From an uncultured Erysipelotrichaceae bacterium (GTDB taxonomy: Bacteria; Bacillota_I; Bacilli_A; RF39; UBA660), in the NCBI GenBank assembly GCA_902801795.1, contig CADCJQ010000010.1:2358-66357 (forward strand): a stretch of 64,000 nt of DNA, in the 5' to 3' direction. Both the position numbers and the translations under genes were made by a program. The notes beneath the pieces were generated by a model. It made no database searches, was not told the origin of the DNA, and worked only from the letters and a program-made list of their open reading frames with translations. Position 1 is the first letter of the stretch. Each line of letters opens with the position of its first letter. Shown one piece after another: positions 29,940 through 39,988 of this stretch.

Positions 29940-31211
29940 CTATTGTTGATTCTCTTCTTTTGTAGTATTAATAGTAGTATCAGTTATAACTTCGGTACTT
30001 ACACTTTTTTCTACTTTAGTTTCTTCAGGAACAGCTACCTTAGGAACTTCTTTAGTAGTATTTTCTACTTTAATTTCTTCTTTTTTTGGTTCCTCATTTT
30101 TAACTTCTTCTACTTTTGTTACTTCATTTTTCGTTTCTTCTTGCTTAACTGTTTCTTGAGTAGAAACACTCACTTCTTCCTTTGTATCTAATACTTTAGA
30201 AGTAGTATCTTCTTTAGAAGTTTCAACAACATTTTCTTTTTCTTCTTTTTCTACTTTATTTGTATTATTAGTATTATTATCTACAACAACACTTTCTTCT
30301 TTTACCGTAGAAACCTCTTTATTTATAGAAGTATTATCATTAACAACTTCTGTTTTAGGTAATTCTTCTACTTTTTCAACATTATTTTCTAATTTTTCTT
30401 CTGTCGTTTTATTGTCCGTATTTAAAACAACATCTTCTTTTACTTCTTCTTTATTTGCTAATTCTTGAGCTTTTTCAGCTTCAATTTTTTCTTCAACCAT
30501 TTTAATAGCGGTACTATTAATAACCCGTCTGGCTGTAATATATTGCATCATATTTACAGAATTGATTTTAACACCATCTCGTGGATTAGATTCATGTAGT
30601 ACTTGTCCGTTACCTATATAAATACCAACATGTCTAACTACTCCATTACCATATCCGTAAAAGACTAAATCACCTTTCTGTAAATTAGACTTACTTACAT
30701 AAGTTCCATTACTTGCTTGCGCCCTTACAGCTCGTGAAAGCGTAACACCAAATTCTTTATAAATTAGTTTTGTAAATCCTGAACAATCAGTTCCTGTTGA
30801 TAAACTGTATCCTCCACTTACATAACGTAATCCTAAATACCTCATTGCATAATCAACGACTGCTTGTCCCGTTACGGCACTATATGACGCTGGAACATAA
30901 GTTTTTGATGCTTTTACTTCCTTTTTAGCAACTGTTGCAACTGTTTTTTTTGTAGTACTGCTTTTAGCAGTAGTAGTTGTTTTATTAGTAACATTCGTTT
31001 CTTTCTTAACTTCAGTTACTACCTTTTTATCTTCTTCCCCCTTTTGGGAGAGCGGCTCTACCTCCGTATCAAGAACAGCAACTTCACCATTTCCTGATAT
31101 TTCGTTTTCTGGCATTAAACAATAATTAATACCCAAAAAACTTGTTAATACGAAAGATACCATAACATTACTTACGCAATATAACTGCATCTTTCTTTTT
31201 AATAATTTCAT
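29940..31211 (-). CDS. NlpC/P60 peptidoglycan endopeptidase with long acidic low-complexity tail
   Basis: YVSGG, DCSGFT, HVGIY catalytic motifs; N-terminal hydrophobic segment; start after GAGGTG RBS. Confidence 0.92.
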   Translation of the reverse strand: MKLLKRKMQLYCVSNVMVSFVLTSFLGINYCLMPENEISGNGEVAVLDTEVEPLSQKGEEDKKVVTEVKKETNVTNKTTTTAKSSTTKKTVATVAKKEVKASKTYVPASYSAVTGQAVVDYAMRYLGLRYVSGGYSLSTGTDCSGFTKLIYKEFGVTLSRAVRAQASNGTYVSKSNLQKGDLVFYGYGNGVVRHVGIYIGNGQVLHESNPRDGVKINSVNMMQYITARRVINSTAIKMVEEKIEAEKAQELANKEEVKEDVVLNTDNKTTEEKLENNVEKVEELPKTEVVNDNTSINKEVSTVKEESVVVDNNTNNTNKVEKEEKENVVETSKEDTTSKVLDTKEEVSVSTQETVKQEETKNEVTKVEEVKNEEPKKEEIKVENTTKEVPKVAVPEETKVEKSVSTEVITDTTINTTKEENQQ

Positions 31212-31412
31212 TTTTTTACACCTCAATTGTATCTCATTTTTTTTTACGGACGTTTTCTATCATACCAAATTAATGAGATGATGTCAAATAAAATTTACAA
31301 ACTGATGTAAAATAAAGTTCACATATAAAGATATTAATCGATACTATTTTATGCAAAAATAACGTTTTTATTTAGAAAAATATTGCATCAAACTGATACA
31401 ATATTTAATATT

Positions 31413-32513
31413 TTATTGTGGTATTTTTATTACTTGACCAACCATTAAATTATTTGATAAATTGTTATTTATCGCTACAATTTCAGGAATAGTTGTATTA
31501 TAGCGTCTGGCAATAGAATACAAGGTATCTCCTTTTTGTACTTGGTATGTTTGATACTGAGTTTCCGTCATATCTAATGGTATTTGAATAACCTGTCCTA
31601 TTGATAAATTATTACTTGTTAAGCCATTATATGCTTTAATCGAATCAACTTTAGTATTATAACGTCTAGCAATGGAATATAGTGTATCACCTGGCATTAC
31701 TTCATATACAACAAAATTTTCCTCAGTAACTGGTTTTATAGGTATTACTATTTGTTGTCCAACAGATAAGATATTACTTGATAGATTATTGGCATTAATA
31801 AGATCATCAATCGTAACTCCATAGGTATTAGCAATACGATATAAAGTATCACCTCTTTTTACTATATAAACGTTTTCATTAGGATTAACCTCATTTCTTG
31901 GTATTTTTAGTGTTTCTCCTACTGTTAAAATAGTTGTTGGTAGTCCATTATAATCAATTAAATCAAGAACACTTATATTAAAGCGATTAGCAATCGAATA
32001 AAGACTATCGCCATTTTGAACCGTATATATTTCATACTCATCTTGCATTTCACCTTTTGGAAGTTCTAGTATTTGTCCAACAAATAAATTATTACTCGTT
32101 AAATTATTTAATCTCTTTAATTCATTAACTGTTGTTCCATAACGACTTGCTATTGAATATAAAGTATCTCCCTTTTGTACCGTATAAGAATCTCCACTAG
32201 CAATTGCTCCTGGTTGAATATAAGGAACACCAATATATTCAGAGACCGCTTTTACAACACCTTCTGCATAGTTTTCAATATTATTTTTTAATTTTGTTTG
32301 ATCTCTTGGATTATCAATAAACCCATATTCAATTAATAAAGCAGTTGTATTAGGTGTTTCTCTCATTATATAGTAATAATCTTTTTTAGGATTTTCTGGT
32401 AAAACCCGTTGATATACTTTACGTTTAATTTGGCCACGTGCCCCTATTTCATTTAAAATATTGTTAGCAAGAGTAGCACTTGAACGTAATGGGTAGACTA
32501 CTTCGGCACCTTC
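31413..32513 (-). CDS. 3' part of interrupted N-acetylmuramoyl-L-alanine amidase (Amidase_3 C-half plus 5 LysM)
   Basis: Open frame from 32513: EGAEVVY...YYYIMRETP...LLIEYGFIDN, then five LysM repeats; the ORF track shows only 31413..32366. Confidence 0.92.
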   Translation of the reverse strand, partial: EGAEVVYPLRSSATLANNILNEIGARGQIKRKVYQRVLPENPKKDYYYIMRETPNTTALLIEYGFIDNPRDQTKLKNNIENYAEGVVKAVSEYIGVPYIQPGAIASGDSYTVQKGDTLYSIASRYGTTVNELKRLNNLTSNNLFVGQILELPKGEMQDEYEIYTVQNGDSLYSIANRFNISVLDLIDYNGLPTTILTVGETLKIPRNEVNPNENVYIVKRGDTLYRIANTYGVTIDDLINANNLSSNILSVGQQIVIPIKPVTEENFVVYEVMPGDTLYSIARRYNTKVDSIKAYNGLTSNNLSIGQVIQIPLDMTETQYQTYQVQKGDTLYSIARRYNTTIPEIVAINNNLSNNLMVGQVIKIPQ

Positions 32514-32543
32514 GCCACCTGGCGTATGTCAAAATGTGATTAA
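32506..32543 (-). repeat. attR junction of integrated element
   Basis: Minus strand ACATTTTGAC-ATAC-GCCA-GG-TGGC-GAAGGT; core GGTGGC at 32514..32519. Confidence 0.88.
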
Positions 32544-32861
32544 TTACTTATTATTTTCAAATTCTTCACGATATACTTTAAAATATCCATATTTATCAAT
32601 AAATTTTATATTATCAACAGATTCATTAATTTCAAAAAATTTCATTGCTACTTTTGTAAAATCTAAATAGCCATGATCTAAATAATTATTTAAATTATCT
32701 TTTAAATATTCAATCGAATCATCGCTTTCTCCTTCAGCAGTAACAAAATCTAAATTATTGAAACATGTCTTTTCTCTATTGTATTGTGCAATATAAGTAA
32801 ATTCAATTTTTATTGTTTCGTTTTTTACTTTTATATCTCTTATTGAAGTTATCTCGGCCAT
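32544..32861 (-). CDS. Hypothetical protein (element cargo)
   Basis: 105-aa ORF, AGGTGA RBS, abuts the upstream gene. Confidence 0.7.
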   Translation of the reverse strand: MAEITSIRDIKVKNETIKIEFTYIAQYNREKTCFNNLDFVTAEGESDDSIEYLKDNLNNYLDHGYLDFTKVAMKFFEINESVDNIKFIDKYGYFKVYREEFENNK

Positions 32862-33452
32862 TTAATCACCTACTTCATATCCATTTTTAATATCCAGTAT
32901 TAATCCTTTTAATAAAGCATTATTGTTTTTTATATTAAAATTACGATAATCATATTTAATAGTTCTTTCATAACCAGGTGTAAAATAATGCTCAGAGTAT
33001 CCTTTCTTATCAACATCTTCAACTATTTCTTTCAATTCAAAATCGCATAAATCATCTAACATGCCACGACCAGCACCACTAATAATATATGGATAATGCT
33101 TACCATTATATTTTTCCATTTCTCTAGCACCTAAATAAGTGATTTTAAATGTAGTTGTTGATCCAAAGTCATACTCCATAGTCATTTTATTATTTTCATC
33201 AAAATTCACATCACTTAACTTTGTTCTAACTGCATCTTTAAAATTAAAATCATCTAACTCCAATGGATCAATCATGCAATCATATCTATCTTTTCCATGC
33301 TCTATATCATACAAATGATACGCAAGTGAATCAAATGTAGCAAGAATAGTATATGCTAAATCTGCAACTGTTCTTCTATCAGTTATTTCTATCTTTCTCC
33401 AAATTTTGTCTTCCACCCCTTCTATTCCTACTTGAAATGTTAGTACTTTAGT
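32862..33452 (-). CDS. Plasmid pRiA4b ORF-3-like protein
   Basis: KIWRKIEI...TVADLAYTILATFD...HLY...YDFGSTT pattern; start MTKVLTF after GGAGGT. Confidence 0.75.
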   Translation of the reverse strand, partial: TKVLTFQVGIEGVEDKIWRKIEITDRRTVADLAYTILATFDSLAYHLYDIEHGKDRYDCMIDPLELDDFNFKDAVRTKLSDVNFDENNKMTMEYDFGSTTTFKITYLGAREMEKYNGKHYPYIISGAGRGMLDDLCDFELKEIVEDVDKKGYSEHYFTPGYERTIKYDYRNFNIKNNNALLKGLILDIKNGYEVGD

Positions 33453-33473
33453 CATAAATCTTACCTCCAATTA

Positions 33474-33908
33474 CTAAAACATGTCATAATATGTGCCATT
33501 GTCAAAAGCATCTATTTGCTCCAAATAATGATTCATATTATCTTTTATTTCTCTACACAATTTCTTATAATTATCTATTGTCACATATGCTTTTTCACTC
33601 ATACATTCATAAAATTTCTTAATACTAGCAGCAGTCCCTTTTAATGAATGTCTTGATGACCATAAACATTTTTCTATAAACCATCCATCTAAAAATCCAT
33701 TAACAAAATGCACTCCATCTTCCATTGTTTCTGCATCATAATAATTTAAATAATCATTAATATATAAACTTGCATTATTAACGTGTTTTCTAATTATTTT
33801 CTTTGTTAAGGATTTTTCAATTAACCAGTTTTCAAATTCTTGAAGAAATTTCTCATTTCTTTTATGATTTTCTTCTTCTTTTTTCTCCCAATCTTTATAA
33901 TCATTCAT
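33474..33908 (-). CDS. Integrase N-terminal SAM-like domain protein (no catalytic domain)
   Basis: FENWLIEKSLTKKIIRKHVNNASLY...AASIKKFYECM pattern; only 144 aa. Confidence 0.55.
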   Translation of the reverse strand: MNDYKDWEKKEEENHKRNEKFLQEFENWLIEKSLTKKIIRKHVNNASLYINDYLNYYDAETMEDGVHFVNGFLDGWFIEKCLWSSRHSLKGTAASIKKFYECMSEKAYVTIDNYKKLCREIKDNMNHYLEQIDAFDNGTYYDMF

Positions 33909-33919
33909 ACTTTACTCCC

Positions 33920-35119
33920 TTATTTTAGTTCTATATTTTCTAATGGTTCCCATTTAATATATTTGAATATTTTAGCATCGCTCATGTGAATAAATTCAGT
34001 TGGTTTATATTTTTTAAAATATCCTCGACATTCAATTGGTATGATATCATTTGGAACTATACCTATATAATCAATACCTTTAAAGGCATTCTTAATCATA
34101 TCTACATTATATATTTCTAATGGTATATTATTTTTATTAAGCACAATAAATATTTTAGCGATTTCAACTTTTCTTAAAATTCTACTTCCACTAAGCGAAA
34201 GATAATATCCATTATCATCATGTCCTACTTGTAAATTAACTCTAGCAAAGGAATGACCTCTAATAATCTCCCAAGGATGTCCACCAAACCTTGTATCATC
34301 ATTATACCATTTATCAAATTCTTCACTACTATTCTCATCAATTTTGCTTAATCCTTCATCCCTACCATCAGCATACTTTAAATATAAATCCTTATCGGTT
34401 AATTCTCCTATTTCATAACCAATATTTTTATATGCCAATCCAACACATTCAAAATACTTACCAGATGTCATATCTTTTATTCTATTAGTTGTCTTTTCTC
34501 TAGCATTTTCTATAAAGTAATTCATTTCTTCTTGTGATATTTCACTTAATAGTTCTTGCCTAGTATCAGGAAACAAATTCCAATATTCATTTCGTTTTAT
34601 TACACCAAACCTATTTTTATAAGAATAATTACTTGATATATAATCATTGTAAGTACCTTTTTCAAGTCTTTGAATACATTCTTTTACTTTATCTATAAGA
34701 AAATCTAATAATTCTTGTAGTTGATAATTTTCAAAATTAGTATTCTCACTATTCATATCAGCATATATTATATTTTTTGAATTAATTGATATCATACGAT
34801 AGTTTTTATACATAGATGAAGTCATTTTATACCAAATAATTTCGTCTGGATAGTCTTCATTAAATCTATTTTCAAATTCTTCATAACTATCAACTTCACC
34901 ATCTATCTTTAACTCTTCAAAGTTGCCGTATTCTTCTATATTGCCTTTTTCAGCACTAAAATATAATACTTTATATTCATCATCTGATAATGGTTTTATT
35001 TTATCAAGTAAAGCATACAAATTATTTATCTTTTCTTTTACTTTCGTATCGTAACTCTCCGGGTTATAATTTCTACTATCCAACACTTCTAATAAAAAAT
35101 CTAATTTTGGAGCGGTCAT
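33920..35119 (-). CDS. Hypothetical protein (element cargo)
   Basis: 399 aa; contains GRDEGL and GGHPWEIIRG blocks; no family recognised. Confidence 0.75.
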   Translation of the reverse strand: MTAPKLDFLLEVLDSRNYNPESYDTKVKEKINNLYALLDKIKPLSDDEYKVLYFSAEKGNIEEYGNFEELKIDGEVDSYEEFENRFNEDYPDEIIWYKMTSSMYKNYRMISINSKNIIYADMNSENTNFENYQLQELLDFLIDKVKECIQRLEKGTYNDYISSNYSYKNRFGVIKRNEYWNLFPDTRQELLSEISQEEMNYFIENAREKTTNRIKDMTSGKYFECVGLAYKNIGYEIGELTDKDLYLKYADGRDEGLSKIDENSSEEFDKWYNDDTRFGGHPWEIIRGHSFARVNLQVGHDDNGYYLSLSGSRILRKVEIAKIFIVLNKNNIPLEIYNVDMIKNAFKGIDYIGIVPNDIIPIECRGYFKKYKPTEFIHMSDAKIFKYIKWEPLENIELK

Positions 35120-35138
35120 TTCAAAGTCACCTCCCTAC

Positions 35139-35396
35139 TTATTTTGTTATATATTTACTGATTAATTTTTTTGCTAATTCTTCTCCTTTAGGCGTTAAGA
35201 AAACTGATTTCCCTTTGCTATAATATAAATAATTCTCATCGGTTAATTTATTAATAATACCAAAATCATATCCTTTCCAACAAGTTTTAATTTTTGCTGC
35301 TTTAGGCATATCATTTTCATCAGCTACATATCCATCTTCTTCCCATGATGATAAGTACATTAATAATAATGTTAATTCTTCAACAATTTTCTCCAT
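35139..35396 (-). CDS. Small winged-helix-like protein (DUF6429-like)
   Basis: ELTLLLMYLSSW...WKGYDF...KSVFLTPKGEELA. Confidence 0.6.
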   Translation of the reverse strand: MEKIVEELTLLLMYLSSWEEDGYVADENDMPKAAKIKTCWKGYDFGIINKLTDENYLYYSKGKSVFLTPKGEELAKKLISKYITK

Positions 35397-35474
35397 TTAC
35401 TTCTCCTTCCTATTTCTATTATTTTGCTTTATTTATAATATATTTTTCAATAACAATTCTCGTTCTATATTTTA

Positions 35475-36005
35475 TTACTTTAATAAATCAGCTAAATATA
35501 ATTCATCTTTATTGTGCTTCTTCAAATGTTTATAATCATTTAAATTTTGAATTAGCATATTAATTCTTTTGCCACCATAATACATTTCTAAAAACTCTCT
35601 TGTTTGATCATATCTTCGATTATTATATACTATATTTCTTTTAGCAAAAGTTTTTGGAGATTCTTTTGATTTTAAAAACTGCTTATATAATCCTTCATTA
35701 ATTATTATAAGAATTTCTAATTCAGGCAAAGTACAATATTTATAAATTCTATCTTTAGATACAATATCACTTAAATCTTTTGGAACTGTAAACTTTTCTC
35801 TTTGGGTATCACCTATTCTTAATACTTTTACTGGATTATTATAAACTCTGAGTTCTGATTTTATAGTTGGATTAGTGAGTTGCCTTGCATGAAATGGTTT
35901 TAATGATACCAAATCATTTTGTGTAAAAATTAACTTCTTTTGATTTAATAACATATTAATAATACATATTTCGTTTGGACCTTCACACAAAATTAAATAC
36001 TTCAT
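35475..36005 (-). CDS. TOPRIM-like (RloB-like) partner protein
   Basis: N-terminal LILCEGPNE, LRIGDT, PELEILII; overlaps the ATPase stop by 4 bp. Confidence 0.6.
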   Translation of the reverse strand: MKYLILCEGPNEICIINMLLNQKKLIFTQNDLVSLKPFHARQLTNPTIKSELRVYNNPVKVLRIGDTQREKFTVPKDLSDIVSKDRIYKYCTLPELEILIIINEGLYKQFLKSKESPKTFAKRNIVYNNRRYDQTREFLEMYYGGKRINMLIQNLNDYKHLKKHNKDELYLADLLK

Positions 36006-37138
36006 TTCATTAATTCCCTTTTAAAATCCATTAATGATTCATAGTTAACATTTGTATTAAATGCATTACTATAAAATTTCTTACTTTTAGATAACTCTGG
36101 TCTAAAATTATAATCTCTATATACGTTCTCCAAACGAATTTTTTTATCATATTTTGTAATATAAATATTATCACTTCTATTAAACAAATCTAAAAGTTCA
36201 CAATAATGTGTAGTAAATATTAAAGTTGCATTTTTTTTGTTAACACTTTTATCTTTATACAAATTAACAAGATTTTCAACTAAAGTTTTATGAAAATGAT
36301 TTTCTATTTCATCTATCACTAAGTCTGTACCATTTTTAAGTGAATAAACAACATAAGTAAATAGCCAAATACCCTTTGATGTTCCACTTGATAGCATACT
36401 ATATAATTCTTTGCCAGTCACCTGGATTTTACTTTTATCAGTATAATATATTAAGAACTTATCTTCATTAATCATTTCAATATTATCTAAATGTTCATCA
36501 AGCATTTTTAAAATTGATTCAATGATTGTATGATTATTATTAATCATTTTATATACATTGAAAACATTAGAATATAATCTATAAATCAAATCGTCACTTG
36601 ATGTATAAAAGCCTCTAATAGTAATTTCTTTCAAAACATCATATAAAATAGAAGTATCATCAGGTAAATCAGTTGTAATAGGTAATTCAATATACTTATT
36701 ATAGTCAAAGATTTGTTTTGCTAAAGTCTTATAATATGGTCTTTTATATAACTTTTCATTTTTAAAATTAACAGTGTTATTTAGCGGATTATCATCTATA
36801 ACTAAATCAGTAATATATCTATATAAACTCCCCTCGTGATAAAAAGTAATATCCAAATTAACATCATTATGCCACATTAAAAATAAATTTAAAGTATTCT
36901 TAACCTTAAAGAATGAAAATATATCATATACTAGAGCTAACAAATCAACTGCTGTTGTTTTTCCTGATGCATTTTTACCAATAATACCTAACGTAGTATA
37001 TACGAATAGATTTTCATCAATTTCATGAAGTTCAAACTCTTTATCATCTGCTGTTTTATTTGCTTCTGGTACAAAAGATATTGTAAAATTATCTTCACAC
37101 AATTTAAAATTATTAGCAACAACCCTCAAAAGTTTCAT
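36002..37138 (-). CDS. ABC-type AAA ATPase (AAA_21/RloA-like), putative defence
   Basis: Walker A GKNASGKT, signature-like LSSGT, Walker B LVIDEIENHFH, FTTH. Confidence 0.85.
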   Translation of the reverse strand: MKLLRVVANNFKLCEDNFTISFVPEANKTADDKEFELHEIDENLFVYTTLGIIGKNASGKTTAVDLLALVYDIFSFFKVKNTLNLFLMWHNDVNLDITFYHEGSLYRYITDLVIDDNPLNNTVNFKNEKLYKRPYYKTLAKQIFDYNKYIELPITTDLPDDTSILYDVLKEITIRGFYTSSDDLIYRLYSNVFNVYKMINNNHTIIESILKMLDEHLDNIEMINEDKFLIYYTDKSKIQVTGKELYSMLSSGTSKGIWLFTYVVYSLKNGTDLVIDEIENHFHKTLVENLVNLYKDKSVNKKNATLIFTTHYCELLDLFNRSDNIYITKYDKKIRLENVYRDYNFRPELSKSKKFYSNAFNTNVNYESLMDFKRELMK

Positions 37139-37266
37139 ATAAATTTCCTCCTCACATTAATTATATCACTAAAGTTTAAAAAAATACATTTTTTTTGTTT
37201 TTTTTAAAATATATTTGTCTATAATACACTATATCATTAAAAAAATCAATATTTTTTTATATTTTT

Positions 37267-37448
37267 AAATTAAGCACCAGTGGAGCACAAGTTCATTTTC
37301 AAATAAAACATAATGTATAACTTCTGTCCAACTGGAACAGAAGTTAATGCGGAAGTTAACTTTGTATCCAGTGGAGACTAAGTTGTTTTTTTCTGCACCG
37401 TTGGTTGAGAAGTTAATTATTAACTTCGAACCCAGTGGGAACAAAGTT
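37267..37448. repeat. Array of five 27-bp palindromic units
   Basis: AACTT-N4-NCCAGTGGN-N4-AAGTT-like units at 37267, 37319, 37358, 37388, 37422. Confidence 0.8.
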
Positions 37449-37451
37449 AAC

Positions 37452-39035
37452 TTAAATATTATTTAGTAATGAAAACTTATAAAATATTTCAATATTTTTG
37501 TCTTTATCAATTACTATTTTATCAATAATTGATTGTAATAATTCACGAGATGGATTATCAAGATTAATTAGTTCTTTCATTTTTTCCTCGTATTCTTTAA
37601 TTTTCTTATTAGAATTTATTTCTTTTTTACTTGAATTTTTTATTTCATCAAGTCTTTTTTTTGATTGATTTAATAAAATTTCAGTTTCTTTTGATAATCT
37701 TAAATAAGTGTTTTCTGAAATATTTCCTTTAAACTTATCATCATAGAGCATGTCAATTTTACTATTACATTCTTTAATTCGATTATTTAAATAATTTATT
37801 TCATCATTTATTCTTTTATCATTATTATTTTTATTATTTATTTCTGTTGCTAATTCTTTAATATTCATTTTATCTAAATAAATCTTACAAGTATTTTTAA
37901 TAACATCTAATAAAGCTATTTCCAGTTTATCATAAGGCATAAAATGCGGATAGCACAAGTGTCTTCGGGGATCTCTTGAATATTTATTACAATTAATAGT
38001 CCAGTAATTATGTTTTTTACGATATGTTATTGTTAGAGAATTTCCACACTCTTTGCAAAAAAGTAAGTTTTCGAATAGTCTTTTTTCTCTTTTATTATGT
38101 GTAATTTTTGTTCTTTTAACATTATTTCTTACTTTATCAAAAACTTCTTTACTAACTAATGCTTCATGCGTATTTTCTACAATTATCCAAGAATCTCTTT
38201 GCAAAACAATCTTCTTTTGTGATTTATATGATAATTTAGTTTGAACATTTTGAATCATATTACCAGTATACATTTCATTTTTTAATATCTTTTTAACTGA
38301 TGATACTGTCCAGACAGGATTAATTCTTTGTTTAGAATTATCTTTTTTCTTATATAAACTTGGTGTAGGATATTTATTATCATTAAGAAAACTTGCAATA
38401 TCACTAACACTAATTCCAGAACTAGCCATTTCAAATATCTTTTTTACAATAAAAGCTGTTTCTGGATTAGGAACTAAATGCCCTTTATCTTCTTTATCAC
38501 GCATATAACCAAAAGATGGTTCGCTACCAATAAACTTTCCTTGTTCTTTCTTATTTCTTAAAATAGAACGAATCTTCTTAGATGTATCTTTACTAGTCAT
38601 ATCGTTAAATAAAGCTTTAAAAGGTGCTATATCGTTATTAGCTGTTTCTAAAAAAGTATCAATTTGATCAAGTATCGAAATATATCGTACTTTTTTAGCT
38701 AAAAAATAATCTTCAACATAATAGCCACATCTAATATAGTCTCTTCCTAATCTTGATAAATCCTTAGTTATTACACAATTAACCTTACCACTTTCAATAT
38801 CACTAATTAATCTTTTAAAACCTGGTCTATTAAAATTAGTTCCAGTAAATCCATCATCGACATATTCATCGATAAAAGTAAATCCTTTTTTCTTAATATA
38901 ATCCATTAGTAAATTTCTTTGATTAATAATACTTTCGCTTTCTGATTCGTAACTTTTGTTTTTATCTGCTTCAGATAATCTTATATATGCTGCTACCCTA
39001 TAAAAACTTGGTAATTCTAATGTTTTGTTATACAC
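37452..39035 (-). CDS. Large serine recombinase
   Basis: AAYIRLS catalytic Ser, DDGFTG...RPGF, TKDLSRLGRD, recombinase domain, Zn ribbon (CKECG), coiled coil; GTG start after AAAGGAG. Confidence 0.96.
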   Translation of the reverse strand: MYNKTLELPSFYRVAAYIRLSEADKNKSYESESESIINQRNLLMDYIKKKGFTFIDEYVDDGFTGTNFNRPGFKRLISDIESGKVNCVITKDLSRLGRDYIRCGYYVEDYFLAKKVRYISILDQIDTFLETANNDIAPFKALFNDMTSKDTSKKIRSILRNKKEQGKFIGSEPSFGYMRDKEDKGHLVPNPETAFIVKKIFEMASSGISVSDIASFLNDNKYPTPSLYKKKDNSKQRINPVWTVSSVKKILKNEMYTGNMIQNVQTKLSYKSQKKIVLQRDSWIIVENTHEALVSKEVFDKVRNNVKRTKITHNKREKRLFENLLFCKECGNSLTITYRKKHNYWTINCNKYSRDPRRHLCYPHFMPYDKLEIALLDVIKNTCKIYLDKMNIKELATEINNKNNNDKRINDEINYLNNRIKECNSKIDMLYDDKFKGNISENTYLRLSKETEILLNQSKKRLDEIKNSSKKEINSNKKIKEYEEKMKELINLDNPSRELLQSIIDKIVIDKDKNIEIFYKFSLLNNI

Positions 39036-39109
39036 GGCTTAAACTCCTTTCTTTGTATAACATTTAAAGCCTAACATTATACTACAATTAATATAGGCTC
39101 AAGACAAGT

Positions 39110-39205
39110 CTACGACTTGAGTAACGCACACTTGACAAAATCGCTTACCAATTCATAAATAGTAAAACCATCATCTTCTTTAAAGGTTTCTTTTATATTA
39201 AACAT
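39110..39205 (-). CDS. 31-aa ORF upstream of recombinase (MFNIKETFKEDDGFTIYELVSDFVKCALLKS)
   Basis: GAGGTG RBS, hand translation; not in the ORF track. Confidence 0.55.
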   Translation of the reverse strand: MFNIKETFKEDDGFTIYELVSDFVKCALLKS

Positions 39206-39263
39206 ATTTCACCTCTTAAAAAATTTTATGATTATCCTTTTCATTTTATTTCAATCCTCCTCT

Positions 39264-39746
39264 TTAATTAAAATCTTTTAGTACATTATTTAGTTCTTGC
39301 TGTTCTTCGCGAGTTGGTATTTCTTTCTTTAAAATCTTTCCATTCCAATATTCATTACCCAAATCATCTTTATAATACTTATTATTTATATTACTTTTAT
39401 TATTATATTTAAACTTAGGTTGAATACTGGTATTATAGTTTTCTTTAATACTATTTAAACTTTTAATTAATACTTGTGAAATTCTTATAATTCGTTTATA
39501 ACTATTATTATTTTCCATATGGTTTTCTAAATTAATATAACTTAAAGAGGCTAAATGATTAATACTTTTAGATATTGTTTGTTTGCTATATCCATAAATA
39601 TTCATAAAATACTTATTAGTAGCCCAACAATATCCGGCTTTTTTGCACAATGAAATAATGTTCACCAATAATAACTTTTCTAAAGATGATATTCTTCTAT
39701 CACTTAATACTGATATTGGTATAAGCGGTTTTATATATTTTTCCAT
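39264..39746 (-). CDS. HTH replication-initiator-like protein (phage replisome-organizer N-domain)
   Basis: EKLLLVNIISL...GYCWATNKYF...SKQTISKSINHLASLSYI. Confidence 0.75.
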   Translation of the reverse strand: MEKYIKPLIPISVLSDRRISSLEKLLLVNIISLCKKAGYCWATNKYFMNIYGYSKQTISKSINHLASLSYINLENHMENNNSYKRIIRISQVLIKSLNSIKENYNTSIQPKFKYNNKSNINNKYYKDDLGNEYWNGKILKKEIPTREEQQELNNVLKDFN

Positions 39747-39988
39747 AGCATTCCAGTTATAAGGTAAATATATAAAATATATCTTTATAAAAGTGCACTT
39801 TTACTTTTCCCTAGGTATTATCATCTTATATCAAGTGTGCAAAAAAATTAAATGTGCAAATTTCAAAATTACTCTCATTTTTGTACTCCCACTAGTATAA
39901 AAAGTATTACATGGTGTCATAGAGTATCATATAGTGTTATAAAATATTATTAAATTTTCCGAAAAAAATTAAAAATTTTTTATTTTTT

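Noticed and set aside
33474-33908. Second (tyrosine) integrase for the element
   Set aside because: Only an N-terminal-like domain; no R-H-R-Y catalytic region, and att geometry fits the serine recombinase
37267-37448. CRISPR array interpretation of the palindrome cluster
   Set aside because: Units are divergent, gaps are only 3-25 bp and irregular, and there are no cas genes
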